A model generated the notes under the pieces. The model saw only the letters and a program-made list of their open reading frames with translations, was not told the DNA's origin and did no database searches. A stretch of DNA of 64,000 bases from Lytechinus pictus (taxonomy: Eukaryota): positions 1,366,001 through 1,430,000 of the forward strand of contig NC_087252.1 in the NCBI RefSeq assembly GCF_037042905.1. Reading direction: 5' to 3'. The position numbers were made by a program, and so were the translations under genes. Shown here one piece after another: positions 38,377 through 53,600 of this stretch (positions are counted from its first letter, which is position 1; each line of letters begins with the position of its first letter).

Positions 38377-40889
38377 CTAATCCAGGCAGACAGACAGAGA
38401 GAGATAGGAGAGAGAAAGAGAGGAAGAGGGGGAGACAGAAAATGGGTGCTAAGTGAATGGTGCGTGATGAAATCATTCTCATACATAATGCAACATGGTG
38501 TGATGAATATTCATGATTTTGCGTCTAGTGCAATGATGCTTGTGAAAAAGTCTGAAAATACATTGACTTTGATTGACTGTCATGGAACAAAATATCAAAC
38601 GAAAGCAACTTGAAATCATTTTTTTTTCTTTTCTTTGTTTTTCATTTTCTATGCAATCGTTCTTTTTCCAGTCAATAAAATTTCAGGAAAATTCATATTT
38701 TTCGTTGGTATTTTTGTAGTAAATTTATACCTTTTTAAATTTTCCTTGTACCACAACATTTGGAAAGGGAAGGGAAGGGTATTTATAAATAACATTTCTT
38801 TTATAGCATTTTGTTTCCATTGCTTCTATTTTGATCCTCGTTTTGGAGGAAGCAAGTTTCAAATTCTTTAATAGCTTTTTCAACGTTCTCACAAGTTTTT
38901 TTTTTTTTAAGACATCAAATGGGATGTGAAAACAAAGAAAAGCTGATGGGAGGGAGACTATGGGACAACTAAGTTTATTCTTTATCCATAAATTCATTTC
39001 ATTTTAGATTCTGTTATGTATCAAAATAGTAGCAAACGATTTTAACTTTGGAAGACATAGCAAAGTGTGCTTGTATCAAAGAAGTTTCAAAAATCGTAAA
39101 TTCCTTTATCTTTCCCACAATGCTTTTATGTTGATACCCTTCAAAATCTTACTCATTTTTTGATAAATTTATCCCATTCAGAATTTTATAAAATTTGCAC
39201 ATTTTCATTCATTATGTTGCCATTTAAGAAAAACATGATGAAAGAATTATTTGATGTGTTTATTCTTTTCATACACTACAAAATTTGCTTTCAATTTTTT
39301 TTCTTTGTCAAAATCTTCTCCTGCATCAATATGTGATAAAGGTGTTCATTTTCACAAAATTATGAAAAATTAGTATTTTCTACTTGGGGGGGGGGGCAAC
39401 CAGGGAAAAACTAAAGGAATGTGGGGGGGTAAGGACAAGCATGCACAAGGTCTGTGGTACATCAAGCCAAAATAACAAAATAAAAATATAGAATTTTGCA
39501 CCAATACACTAAACACAAAATTCAATACAGAAATTTATATCAATCAATAAATAGACTGGTTTACTATTCCCCATTCAAATGTCTCAAATGTTTCTGTAAT
39601 TGTTTCGTGAAGGATCAAGAATTCTCATAATGAAAGTTCATATCAAATCCATTGAAGATCAGTTTCTCAAGTAATCTCAGGCTAGGGTTTATGGAAAATA
39701 TGTGTTATACTGATATCAAATAATGCTGGATAGGTTAATGAATTAAAATAGGTGGAATTTAGTCTGCATACTCATAGTGACCATTGCTATGTTAGGCAAT
39801 TCTTGATCACGTTTCAGGTTGCATTGAATAACCGTTATTTACCTTCATTCAGATTTGTTTACAGAATTCAAATGGGTGAGTAAGCCAGTCTATTCCAATA
39901 GAATAAAATAAAATGATTTAAACATAATAAGCATAACAAGAATCAGAATATGCATTCAAATCGGGCATGGATAATTCAAGAGAAAGGGCATGACCTTTGA
40001 CCCAAAATCAAAATTGATTACAACTCAAAAGTGTAATCAACTATGCCCCGTTCACTGTTATTAAATATGTATTTTATCAAACGATGTGATCAATCTTTAC
40101 TATTATCACTTGTCAGCATTGAAATGTTAACAATTTCCATGTCATATATACAAATTGATCAAATTGAAAATTATATATGATATATGGTGATATACATATA
40201 TACTCTTGATTTTCATCCGATACTTACTTGTCACCATTAAACAATATGAAAATCAAGTAAAATAATCATCACATTATCGTACCCAATATATGGATATCTT
40301 CTCTTCGCTCTATGAAATAAAGTCAATGATGCTTGTAATATATTTGCTCATACAAAAATGGTTTCATTTTGGATGAATATGAGATCGATCTCGGACAGAG
40401 TCTAGGAATGATTTAGACCCAGGCTAATATTTATCTGGATCAAGTCTAAGATCCATCTAGGTACATGTCCAAGGGTCATCTTGGACTAGGTCTACAGATT
40501 ATCAAAGACCCAAGGTTGAAAAGAGTGATATTGGACAGATATTCATTCAGGACCAGATCTGATAAAGATCTTGAATTGGGTCTAAGTGCCATCTTAGGCC
40601 CAGGTCTCATTTTTCCCTTGAAGCAGTTCTGAATGTTAACTTCAGACATGTACATCATTCTTAAAATCATCTTTAATCATCTGTAAACAAACCAGAATAT
40701 CCTAAAATTGTTACTGTTACAAAAAAATACATTAGCTCTGTTGGGAATAACCCTAAGAACTTATCTACGGCCGATCGAGAAGCAAATCCAATCTTGAAAT
40801 CATAAAGGTGATGCTTGAAGCTACAAAGATGATGATGAGGTTTCTACTGATACAAACAAGACTCAATGCATGATGGGCATGCAAACAAC

Positions 40890-41020
40890 AGGAATGTAGT
40901 CAAGGCCAGCTGCTAGGCCACATTTTGCCGGCCTTGGCTTCGGCCTCGGCCCAAGTCATGTGTTCAAAGTCTAAGGGAGGTTTTCTCCAGTGGCCTTGTG
41001 ACTGGCCTCGACTACATCCC
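40890..41020. repeat. Short dispersed repeat / MITE (second copy ~43234-43369)
   Basis: ggaatgtagtc…gactacatccc inverted ends; shared ttgccggccttggc…tttctccagtggc interior. Confidence 0.65.
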
Positions 41021-41476
41021 TTGCAGACAGGGATATGGGAGTTGAGAGAGAGAATAGAAGAGGGAGGAGGAGCAGGCTCCGCCCACCTTGGTCTAAAGGC
41101 TCCGCCCACTACGGTAATCCAAAGTTCCAGGCTGTTCATCTCATGACATCTCAGGAGGAACGGCCTTACTTCTCAATAATCTTAATTCAGTAAATTAACA
41201 TCAACCTTATAACAAAAAAAATGTACATGTTCAACAGCTTACGACCTGCTGGATTTCGGGCATTGTGTCATCTGTTGCCATGGTTACCATCAGAACATTT
41301 CTGGTCATACAGCAGACTTCTAAACAGTTGCACAGAGGCTGACGTTCTTCCATTTTGCTTTGTATCTTCAATGATTAACATCTTTGTGCATACAACATGA
41401 CTTGATACCATCCAGGATGAATGTGATTCTCTTCTCAAAATCTTCCTTCAATTTACAAACTGAGGTTACACGCTTA

Positions 41477-41803
41477 TAGAGTACCGAAGTGTGACATCAT
41501 CAATTTTCACTTTTTGCATTTCAGCGTTTTTTATACCATGTTTTGGTGGAGCATGATGAAAAACCCCCACTACCAAGATTTGGTATTATTATTATTGGCC
41601 TGGTTCTAAATGTTAGGAGCCAGGCCAATAATACATTGACTTAAAAAAACTAGGGCTAATTATGTATTCATGAGGTCATATCTTGGTGCCCCCTGGACCG
41701 ATTCTCACCAAATTTTGGTAGTGGGTATTTTTCATCAAAATATGGTATTAAAAACGCCGAATTGCATAACAGTTTTTTGTGATGTCATCACTTCCGTACT
41801 CTA
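41477..41803. mobile_element. MITE with TAGAGTAC termini
   Basis: tagagtaccgaagtgtgacatca / tgatgtcatcacttccgtactcta plus internal inverted segments. Confidence 0.7.
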
Positions 41804-42617
41804 CACCAATCCAATTCGTATTACTATTTGGCAGTGCCCTTTCCTTGCGGATACAAAGCCCTACACAATTAAAATCCAGTAGATACTTATTGGAACCTAT
41901 TGTTTAAAGTTTCAGTAAAACCTTTGTGGGATTCTCAGCCCTTAACATTGTACTAAATATATCATCCTTTCCTCAATTTATTAGCATTTAAAGACATAAT
42001 TTGTTTCTCCTGATGTTAACATATAAAGTTTGTGTTGTTAAGATAAGTAATATGGTAAGGTTTAATATACATCCTTATAAAAAAAAAAAGCTCCTGGATA
42101 AGTTAAGACGAACGATCATTTTCAATCTAAACCGCTCAGAGAGCTAATCATTATCCTGTGCTTAACAAATTTATTATTTATTATCAATATCATTCAGTCA
42201 CTTTTTATTATTGAACACTATCTGTTTTACACTATACCTTTTGACTTAAAATAACTCTAACATATCAACATGTGTTGAACCCTAAAAGAATAAGTAATAA
42301 AATGCAATCTTAATTCAAATATAGCTTAATATAATTAACATTGAGCCACTGTATGAATTTAAAATTGGATTTAAAAAAAAACAAGAGTAAGAACCAGAAC
42401 CTGTGTGTTTCATAATTACCTAACATACACGCTTCAAGATCTAAAGATAATGAATACATACTTAGAGTTGTCAATTGGCAAGCATACGGTTTGGTCAAGA
42501 TTGAAAAGAAATACATTCACATACATAAAACCACCTAAGTGCCTTACATTCTAAACAGATAAAATAAATATGACAAGATCAAATTATTCCACAAAAACTG
42601 ATCAGCGATAAGCACGG

Positions 42618-42828
42618 ATAATAATAATATAATATAGGGTATTTATATTGCGCACATATCCACCTTGTTAGGTGCTCAAGGCGCTCCTATATTACCCGGC
42701 TAAGCTAGGCGTTCATAGCGCACACAGCTTTTTAAGGAATTACTTCCTACCGGTACCCATTTACCTCACCTGGGTTGAGTGCAACACACTGTGGATCAGT
42801 TTCTTGCTGAAGGAAATTACGCCATGGC
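42618..42828 (-). mobile_element. 3' part of a SINE
   Basis: ggtacccatttacctcacctgggt core (reverse of the SINE core) and (ATT)n-like tail. Confidence 0.6.
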
Positions 42829-45593
42829 GTAATTTATACTTTATACTTAACCTTTCTTTACATTTACATTTACATTGTATCATATCAAGGTGTTTTTAAG
42901 CAGTAAATAATCAAAAATATGATTCTGCAAGTAATATACAGGATGACACTCTTAAGGTAAACATATTTACAAGACATGCAATTCTTAACATACAGTGTTT
43001 TTACTGAGCTTGCAAAATAAGGAAATATCTCTTGGAATTTTGATGTGAAGTGTATTACGCAAAGGTTGTATGATGTGATGGTAATATAAAAATATTGGTG
43101 TCAGCATAAAGTCCTTAGCCACTAGGAAAAAGGTCTGAGAAAACTTCCACATATCCCTAGCCCTGGGTGTTATCATAAAGAAATTTTAAAGAGTAATCTT
43201 GTCATATACCGGCAGTGCAATACTGGAATATCTGGGATGTATTTGAGGCCGGCCTTGAAGCCACATATTGCCGGCCTTGGCCTCGGCCCGGTTCATATGT
43301 CAAAAGTATTTGGGTGAAGGTTTTTCCAGTGGCATTGTGACTTTAAGTACCAGCCTGGACTACATGCCTGTCAAACATCAAAATAGTTCTGCATTTTTGC
43401 TCATATGAATAGGATTAAAACATCATACACATCTTTAGGCAGAGTGTACATGTTATTATCAAAGAAAATTTAAGTCAAATCAAAACAAATTAAAGCTGAA
43501 AATTGTTTTTTTTTTTTTAAATAATAATAATAAATACAAAATCAGATTCTCCCCTCCAGAATGCTTGGATAAAGTTATTAATGAATAGCTCATATAAAAG
43601 GCATGATAGAAGAATGTGTACATAACTTGAACTCACAAGGCCTACAATGCTGTAAAAATAATTTCTTACATGTACGTACATTATCACACATAAATACCTA
43701 CACAAAACTAAGTATGTCATACTGTGGTCATCACAACTTACATACATATATAAGATATAATTTGAATCAAATCAACTTTAATACATTCTTGTGTGACATA
43801 ATCCATATTTTCCATGTGAATTCACAAAATACAATATCACCTCATAATTTGGTCATGTAGAATACAGTAATACACCAATTGTTAATCTAAATTTTCTCCA
43901 ATATAAAACAATTACATTTAAGAATTTAACATACATACATCTACGGCTCATTTCTCATGTGCTTAATTTTTTATAGTCTAAATGTATATACTGATTTTTT
44001 TTTTAAATACAATACACTACTCCACAATACTGCATAACGACACTATATGTATTTAGCTACAGCACCACTACAGCGATAACACTGGAATTTTTATCATCGC
44101 CACTAATGAATAGCCAGAAACAGGCGTGGTTTATCAAAAATTAATCAGTGTCCAAATCATGACATGCCACTACTTTCCTACAAAGAGGCTCTCTGGGTAG
44201 GAATGCTGCCCTCTACTGTTGAACATTGGTTAGGCAATACAATTCATGGCATTCAAAAATCCTATCATCTTTCTACAGCAATACTGACGTGTAATACTTA
44301 TGTAGGATACATACTGTGCGTAATTCAGCTCACATGCATAAGGTTTCACGCTGGAAGAATATACAATGTGTACATTTCATATGAACATACCGATTGCCCA
44401 ATACTTCGATATTCATAAACAAAAATCAGCTGACGATTTTGCATTGCTTACATTCCAATCTAGCCTTAGTGACATCTCTACAATTCCTTCTTACGTATAA
44501 CAAGACCTTTGGAGCCAAATAATTACTACATTCACTCGAAATTTTATGATAATCTGGAGAAAGTGCTGTTTTATAAGCATCTATATTCATTTAAAACATA
44601 GTTAGAAACTTATATTTAGAAGATAGAAATTAACTGTTATTGATGAGAAGTTCATGGGACATGATGCAAATAATTCAGAACCCAAAAGTGAATGAAAAAC
44701 TAAAGAGGTAAAATCAATCATCAATGTTTTCTTCCTCCTTAAACTTGTCTTCGTGCATTGAGATATGATATAAATGAATCTGTACAAAGGTGATGGAACA
44801 GATACCATGTAACCCATATAAAGAATGATTCAGATTGATGTATTATGATCTGGGCCCCGTTGCATAAAAGTTAATATTATGGTAACTTTGCCATCTAATG
44901 GTAACTACCATGGTAACGCTGACCAACAGCCAATCAAAATCAAGGATTCCATGCAAAATACCATTGGATGGCAAAGTTAGCATAATGGTAACATTTATGC
45001 AACGGCGCCCTGATGTATAACTGCAATGGGATAAGAGACCACTTTATTTACCATGAAACCCTTTTAAAGAATGATAACCCATTTTTTTAGACTGATGTTT
45101 GTGAAATAGGTGTCTATCAGGTAAACAGATATGACATCCTTTAGTCACCATAAAAGAATGATAACTATGTTTAAAAAGATGGTTATTAAATGATTGAACT
45201 GAATTAAAGAGTTGAATTTGCAAAAAAAATAACGAAAAATGTTTAGTACATACATATCGTCACTGGGGTGTTCAAAGAAAAGAAAATTGAATATTAAATA
45301 CTGTATTTCAGAAGTATGGCAATGTTTGGAGATCTCATATTGTCTCAAAAGAGACTTATTTCTGTAGAGAACTCTTTCTAGGCAAAAGAAGGTTGCCACT
45401 TATGCCAAACTTTAGCAAACAACTTTTTCTGAGCTGTTTTGAAAATTTGGAACTGTGTGAATACTATTTTTTCAGAAAGGAGATAAAATGATATATGATT
45501 AGAGCTCTGCCTTTTTATCTGTGAAACCATTTATATGATGATAACTAGAAGGATATCGAATGGTATATATGAATCTGTGTGGAGTCTATTTAC

Positions 45594-46674
45594 CTTGAAA
45601 CCCACTAATGGAATGCATTTCTTGATTCTGAGTCGTGTTGTCTAACACCTGGTGATGCAGTTCGGCTTCCTCAAACTCTTGAGCTTGTTGTTCTAACTGG
45701 GAAGGAACCATACCAGGAAGCAGATAGCGTTGACTGAAAGGCACTGCCGACATCCCTGCAGGAACCTCGTTGCTGACCGACAAGGCTTCGTTCAGCTCTC
45801 GGTTGGCCTGGGCCGCTAGGTAGGCTTGCGCCGCAGAGGGATGGTAGTTAGGCAAGTGTGGATGGGCGGCCATACCTATGTGGAGAGGCTCGGTGGGGAC
45901 GGCCGAGAGTGGGGCGGTGTGGTGTAAGTGTCTATGAGCCAGGTGAGCAAAATCTTGAATGGGGATCTGATGGAGCGGGTGCTGAAGGTGTTGTTGGACG
46001 GTATCAGGGCTGCCAGCCATGCCAAGCTGGTTAGTGTAGTTGGAGTTCTGTTGTATCATGTGAAGCTGTTGATATGCCATGGCTTGCATCAACTGCTCCG
46101 CGTCGATACTGGAGCTATGTTGCTCCCTATCAAGGCTCTGGTTACTGTCTCTACGGGTACTGTCTCTGCGTTCTCTGGTATCTTCCGTCTCCTCTAAGAG
46201 CGGACCATTGATACCAACATGCTCCAGGCTTCCATCCCCTCGAAGACTCCCCGACCCTTGATTAGACCTATCTGGACCATTCAGGTTCACCTCCACTCCT
46301 CGGTGCGAGTGAACGGAATGAGCGGATACTGGGCTTGGAACAGACTCGTCAGGCTGGCTACAAACAGAATGCGGTGATCCCACCATTGTGTCCAAGGGAT
46401 TGGTCGGGAAGCTTGTATCTGTTGGACTCTCGACGCCAGTCTCCTCCGGGTGGACGGGAAGCGAGCTGGACAATGGAGGGCTCGCTCTACTGCCTGGGCT
46501 GTGTAGCTTACGAAGGCTTGGAGGACTGTCCGACTGACGTTGGAGCTGTAGGCGTTGCAGATGCTGCTGGAGATGCTGCGTTTGGATGTCTGCGATGGGG
46601 ACATCACTACGAATGGACGAAACTGGTGAGAGGTGAGGCGACATGCTTGATATCCCCGTTGGTGAATGGGATAA
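45594..46674 (-). CDS. SIK3: SIK3-like kinase exon, long Q/H/S/P-rich disordered region
   Basis: Acceptor ttatttcAG, donor CAAG|gtaaat; 1081 nt, phase 0-1, open throughout. Confidence 0.88.
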
Positions 46675-47032
46675 CTGAAATAAGAAAATAGAATACACCA
46701 TTAATCTCCCTGATTACCAAGGTACATTAATCTTATGATTCACTACATTACTTCTGTCAGCAGATACAACCTACTGAAGAGCTGCTAGGCTAAAGCCAAG
46801 ATTTCAATATCCAAAGTCCTTTGAGAGCACATACATACGATATTTGAGATGATAGTATGCAAATTCAATAATATTTATGTTATTAAAACTTTCAAAATAG
46901 AGATGATAAATCTACAATGCTTTTAAAACAAAGTAAAGAGAATGGAATGATGTTAACAAGAAATGGTATACTCCCTTTTTGTCTGACTAGCCTAACACAG
47001 ATTAATATGAAATTTATAAGTACAACTTTTAC

Positions 47033-47405
47033 CATGCCAGTGTGCATCTTTTCCTTGTGAAGCTGATGCTGGTGCTGCTGAATCTCCAAGGCTCGTGCAT
47101 CAACGGGGGAGCTGAACTGCTTTTGTAACTGCTGACACTCCTTATGAAGCTGTTTCAGAGAACTCTTCTGACTACTGCTGCTACCCCCTCCGGTAGCAGC
47201 CAGTCGTTCAAGACGCTCCCGCTGGTAGTACTGGAGATTGGGCATGCCGTCGGAGGCTCGCCGGGCGTTGGTGGAGGCAAAGAGGTGAGGGGGGCGCTCT
47301 GGTTGGAGGAAGCGTTCCCGTCGGGTGCGGGAGACGATAGGCATGTCGTTGGTTGAGAGAACATCGGGGCCGATGGTGTGCCGGCATCGACCCTTGTTGA
47401 GATAT
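47033..47405 (-). CDS. SIK3: SIK3-like kinase exon (YLNKGRCRHTI…RRASDG…LKQLHKECQQLQK)
   Basis: Acceptor tttttgacAG, donor ATG|gtaaaa; 373 nt, phase 2-0; second RRASDG motif. Confidence 0.9.
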
Positions 47406-47667
47406 CTGTCAAAAAGGAAATAGAAAGTTTGAAGGTTATGCAATGTCTAAATGAGAGTGAGGTCCTGCATTATAATTCGGGTTATTGTTTGGTGTGACTT
47501 GATTTGAAATGGAGAAATTCCTACAAGTAGTATTGTCTGTTCCTTCTTTTCCCTCCCTCGTTCATCAAGAGATTCCCTTCTTTCGTTCTCTTTATCATAC
47601 TCACTGATAGTATTTTCCTTTCCTTCTCTTCCCAAGTTAATTAATCAGTACAGACCCTGTTCTTTTG

Positions 47668-50600
47668 TTCTCTCATTCACTTTCCTTCATACTACCTCTT
47701 CATCTCATTCTTATTCACTACCTCACTCATCTAAAGATCACATTCATTCGTTCTCTCAATCACTCACCTTCGTATTACCTCTTCATCTCATTCTTATTCA
47801 CTCCATCACCCATCTAAAGATCACATTCATTCGTTCTCTCAATCACTCACCTTCGTATTACCTCTTCATCTCATTCTTATTCACTCCATCACTCATCTAA
47901 AGATCACATTCATTCGTTCTCTCAATCACTCACCTTCGTATCGCCTCTTCATCTCATTCTTATTCACTCCATCACCCATCTAAAGATCACATTCATTCGT
48001 TCTCTCAATCACTCACCTTCGTATTGCCTCTTCATCTCATTCTTATTCACTCCATCACCCATCTAAAGATCACATTCATTCGTTCTCTCAATCACTCACC
48101 TTTGTATTGCCTCTTCATCTCATTCTTATTCACTACCTCACCCATCTAAAGATCACATTCATTCGTTCTCTCAATCACTCACCTTCGTATGGCCTCTTCA
48201 TCTCATTCTTATTCACTCCATCACCCATCTAAAGATCACATTCATTCGTTCTCTCAATCACCTACCTTCGTATGGCCTCTTCATCTTATTCTTATTCACT
48301 CCATCACTCATCTAAAGAACACATTCATTCGTTCTCTCAATCACTCACCTTCGTACTGCCTCTTCATCTTGTTCTTATTCACTACCTCACCCATCTAAAG
48401 ATCACATTCATTCGTTCTCTCAATCACTCACCTTCGTACTGCCTCTTCATCTTGTTCTTATTCACTACCTCACCCATCTAAAGATCACATTCATTCGTTC
48501 TCTCAATCACTCACCTTCGTATTGCCTCTTCATCTCATTCTTATTCACTCCATCACCCATCTAAAGATCACATTCATTCGTTCTCTCAATCACTCACCTT
48601 CGTATTGCCACTTCATCTCATTCTTATTCACTCCATCACTCATCTAAAGATCACATTCATTCGTTCTCTCAATCACTCACCTTCGTATTGCCTCTTCATC
48701 TCATTCTTATTCACTCCATCACTCATCTAAAGATCACATTCATTCGTTCTCTCAATCACTCACCTTCGTATTACCTCTTCATGTCATTCTTATTCACTCC
48801 ATCACTCATCTAAAGATCACATTCATTCGTTCTCTCAATCACTCACCTTCGTATTGCCTCTTCATCTCATTCTTATTCACTCATCACCCATCTAAAGATC
48901 ACATTCATTCGTTCTCTCAATCACTCACCTTCGTATTGCCTCTTCATCTCGTTCTTATTCACTCCATCACTCATCTAAAGATCACATTCATTCGTTCTCT
49001 CAATCACTCACCTTCGTATTACCTCTCATCTCATTCTTATTCACTCCATCACTCATCTAAAGATCACATTCAATCGTTCTCTCAATCACTCACCTTCGTA
49101 TTGCCTCTTCATCTTGTTCTTATTCACTACCTCACCCATCTAAAGATCACATTCATTCGTTCTCTCAATCACTCACCTTCGTATTGCCTCTTCATCTCAT
49201 TCTTATTCACTACCTCACCCATCTAAAGATCACATTCATTCGTTCTCTCAATCACTCACCTTTGTATTGCCTCTCATCTCATTCTTATTCACTCCATCAC
49301 CCATCTAAAGATGACATTCATTCGTTCTCTCAATCACTCACCTTCGTATTGCCTCTTCATCTCATTCTCATTCACTCCATCACTCATCTAAAGATCACAT
49401 TCATTCGTTCTCTCAATCACTCACCTTCGTATTGCCTCTTCATCTCATTCTTATTCACTCCATCACCCATCTAAAGATCACATTCATTCGTTCTCTCAAT
49501 CACTCACCTTCGTATTGCCTCTTCATCTCATTCTTATTCACTCCATCACCCATCTAAAGATCACATTCATTCGTTCTCTCAATCACTCACCTTCGTATTG
49601 CCTCTTCATCTCATTCTTATTCACTCCATCACCCATCTAAAGATCACATTCATTCGTTCTCTCAATCACCTACCTTCGTATTGCCTCTCATCTCATTCTT
49701 ATTCACTCCCTCACCCATCTAAAGATCACATTCATTCGTTCTCTCAATCACCTACCTTCGTATGGCCTCTTCATCTCATTCTTATTCACTCCATCACTCA
49801 TCTAAAGATCACATTCATTCGTTCTCTCAATCACTCACCTTCGTATTACCTCTTCATCTCATTCTTATTCACTCCATCACCCATCTAAAGATCACATTCA
49901 TTCGTTCTCTCAATCACTCACCTTCGTATTACCTCTTCATCTCATTCTTATTCACTCTATCACCCATCTAAAGATCACATTCATTCGTTCTCTCAATCAC
50001 CTACCTTCGTATTGCCTCTCATCTCATTCTTATTCACTACCTCACCCATCTAAAGATCACATTCATTCGTTCTCTCAATCACTCACCTTTGTATTGCCTC
50101 TTCATCAGGCTCTCCATCACCCATCTAAAGATCACATTCATTCATTCTCTCAATCACTCACCTTCGTATTGCCTCTTCATCTCATTCTTATTCACTCCAT
50201 CACCCATCTAAAGATCACATTCATTCGTTCTCTCAATCACTCACCTTCGTATTACCTCTTCATCTCATTCTTATTCACTCCATCACCCATCTAAAGATCA
50301 CATTCATTCGTTCTCTCAATCACTCACCTTCGTATTACCTCTTCATCTCATTCTCATTCACTACCTCACCCATCTAAAGATCACATTCATTCGTTCTCTC
50401 AATCACTCACCTTCGTATTACCTCTTCATCTCATTCTTATTCAATACCTCACTCATCTAAAGATCACATTCATTCGTTCTCTCAATCACTCACCTTCGTA
50501 TTACCTCCTCATCTCATTCTTATTCACTCCATCACCCATCTAAAGATCACATTCATTCGTTCTCTCAATCACTCACCTTCGTATTGCCTCTTCATCTCAT

Positions 50601-53600
50601 TCTCATTCACTCCATCACTCATCTAAAGATCACATTCATACGTTCTCTCAATCACTCACCTTCGTATTGCCTCTTCATCTCATTCTTATTCACTACCTCA
50701 CCCATCTAAAGATCACATTCATTCGTTCTCTCAATCACTCACCTTCGTATTACCTCTTCATCTCATTCTTATTCACTCCATCACCCATCTAAAGATCACA
50801 TTCATTCGTTCTCTCAATCACTCACCTTCGTATTACCTCTTCATCTCATTCTTATTCACTCCATCACTCATCTAAAGATCACATTCATTCGTTCTCTCAA
50901 TCACTCACCTTCGTATCGCCTCTTCATCTCATTCTTATTCACTCCATCACCCATCTAAAGATCACATTCATTCGTTCTCTCAATCACTCACCTTCGTATT
51001 GCCTCTTCATCTCATTCTTATTCACTCCATCACCCATCTAAAGATCACATTCATTCGTTCTCTCAATCACTCACCTTTGTATTGCCTCTTCATCTCATTC
51101 TTATTCACTACCTCACCCATCTAAAGATCACATTCATTCGTTCTCTCAATCACTCACCTTCGTATGGCCTCTTCATCTCATTCTTATTCACTCCATCACC
51201 CATCTAAAGATCACATTCATTCGTTCTCTCAATCACCTACCTTCGTATGGCCTCTTCATCTTATTCTTATTCACTCCATCACTCATCTAAAGATCACATT
51301 CATTCGTTCTCTCAATCACTCACCTTCGTACTGCCTCTTCATCTTGTTCTTATTCACTACCTCACCCATCTAAAGATCACATTCATTCGTTCTCTCAATC
51401 ACTCACCTTCGTACTGCCTCTTCATCTTGTTCTTATTCACTACCTCACCCATCTAAAGATCACATTCATTCGTTCTCTCAATCACTCACCTTCGTATTGC
51501 CTCTTCATCTCATTCTTATTCACTCCATCACCCATCTAAAGATCACATTCATTCGTTCTCTCAATCACTCACCTTCGTATTGCCACTTCATCTCATTCTT
51601 ATTCACTCCATCACTCATCTAAAGATCACATTCATTCGTTCTCTCAATCACTCACCTTCGTATTGCCTCTTCATCTCATTCTTATTCACTCCATCACTCA
51701 TCTAAAGATCACATTCATTCGTTCTCTCAATCACTCACCTTCGTATTACCTCTTCATGTCATTCTTATTCACTCCATCACTCATCTAAAGATCACATTCA
51801 TTCGTTCTCTCAATCACTCACCTTCGTATTGCCTCTTCATCTCATTCTTATTCACTCATCACCCATCTAAAGATCACATTCATTCGTTCTCTCAATCACT
51901 CACCTTCGTATTGCCTCTTCATCTCGTTCTTATTCACTCCATCACTCATCTAAAGATCACATTCATTCGTTCTCTCAATCACTCACCTTCGTATTACCTC
52001 TCATCTCATTCTTATTCACTCCATCACTCATCTAAAGATCACATTCAATCGTTCTCTCAATCACTCACCTTCGTATTGCCTCTTCATCTTGTTCTTATTC
52101 ACTACCTCACCCATCTAAAGATCACATTCATTCGTTCTCTCAATCACTCACCTTCGTATTGCCTCTTCATCTCATTCTTATTCACTACCTCACCCATCTA
52201 AAGATCACATTCATTCGTTCTCTCAATCACTCACCTTTGTATTGCCTCTCATCTCATTCTTATTCACTCCATCACCCATCTAAAGATGACATTCATTCGT
52301 TCTCTCAATCACTCACCTTCGTATTGCCTCTTCATCTCATTCTCATTCACTCCATCACTCATCTAAAGATCACATTCATTCGTTCTCTCAATCACTCACC
52401 TTCGTATTGCCTCTTCATCTCATTCTTATTCACTCCATCACCCATCTAAAGATCACATTCATTCGTTCTCTCAATCACTCACCTTCGTATTGCCTCTTCA
52501 TCTCATTCTTATTCACTCCATCACCCATCTAAAGATCACATTCATTCGTTCTCTCAATCACTCACCTTCGTATTGCCTCTTCATCTCATTCTTATTCACT
52601 CCATCACCCATCTAAAGATCACATTCATTCGTTCTCTCAATCACCTACCTTCGTATTGCCTCTCATCTCATTCTTATTCACTCCCTCACCCATCTAAAGA
52701 TCACATTCATTCGTTCTCTCAATCACCTACCTTCGTATGGCCTCTTCATCTCATTCTTATTCACTCCATCACTCATCTAAAGATCACATTCATTCGTTCT
52801 CTCAATCACTCACCTTCGTATTACCTCTTCATCTCATTCTTATTCACTCCATCACCCATCTAAAGATCACATTCATTCGTTCTCTCAATCACTCACCTTC
52901 GTATTACCTCTTCATCTCATTCTTATTCACTCTATCACCCATCTAAAGATCACATTCATTCGTTCTCTCAATCACCTACCTTCGTATTGCCTCTCATCTC
53001 ATTCTTATTCACTACCTCACCCATCTAAAGATCACATTCATTCGTTCTCTCAATCACTCACCTTTGTATTGCCTCTTCATCAGGCTCTCCATCACCCATC
53101 TAAAGATCACATTCATTCATTCTCTCAATCACTCACCTTCGTATTGCCTCTTCATCTCATTCTTATTCACTCCATCACCCATCTAAAGATCACATTCATT
53201 CGTTCTCTCAATCACTCACCTTCGTATTACCTCTTCATCTCATTCTTATTCACTCCATCACCCATCTAAAGATCACATTCATTCGTTCTCTCAATCACTC
53301 ACCTTCGTATTACCTCTTCATCTCATTCTCATTCACTACCTCACCCATCTAAAGATCACATTCATTCGTTCTCTCAATCACTCACCTTCGTATTACCTCT
53401 TCATCTCATTCTTATTCAATACCTCACTCATCTAAAGATCACATTCATTCGTTCTCTCAATCACTCACCTTCGTATTACCTCCTCATCTCATTCTTATTC
53501 ACTCCATCACCCATCTAAAGATCACATTCATTCGTTCTCTCAATCACTCACCTTCGTATTGCCTCTTCATCTCATTCTCATTCACTCCATCACTCATCTA

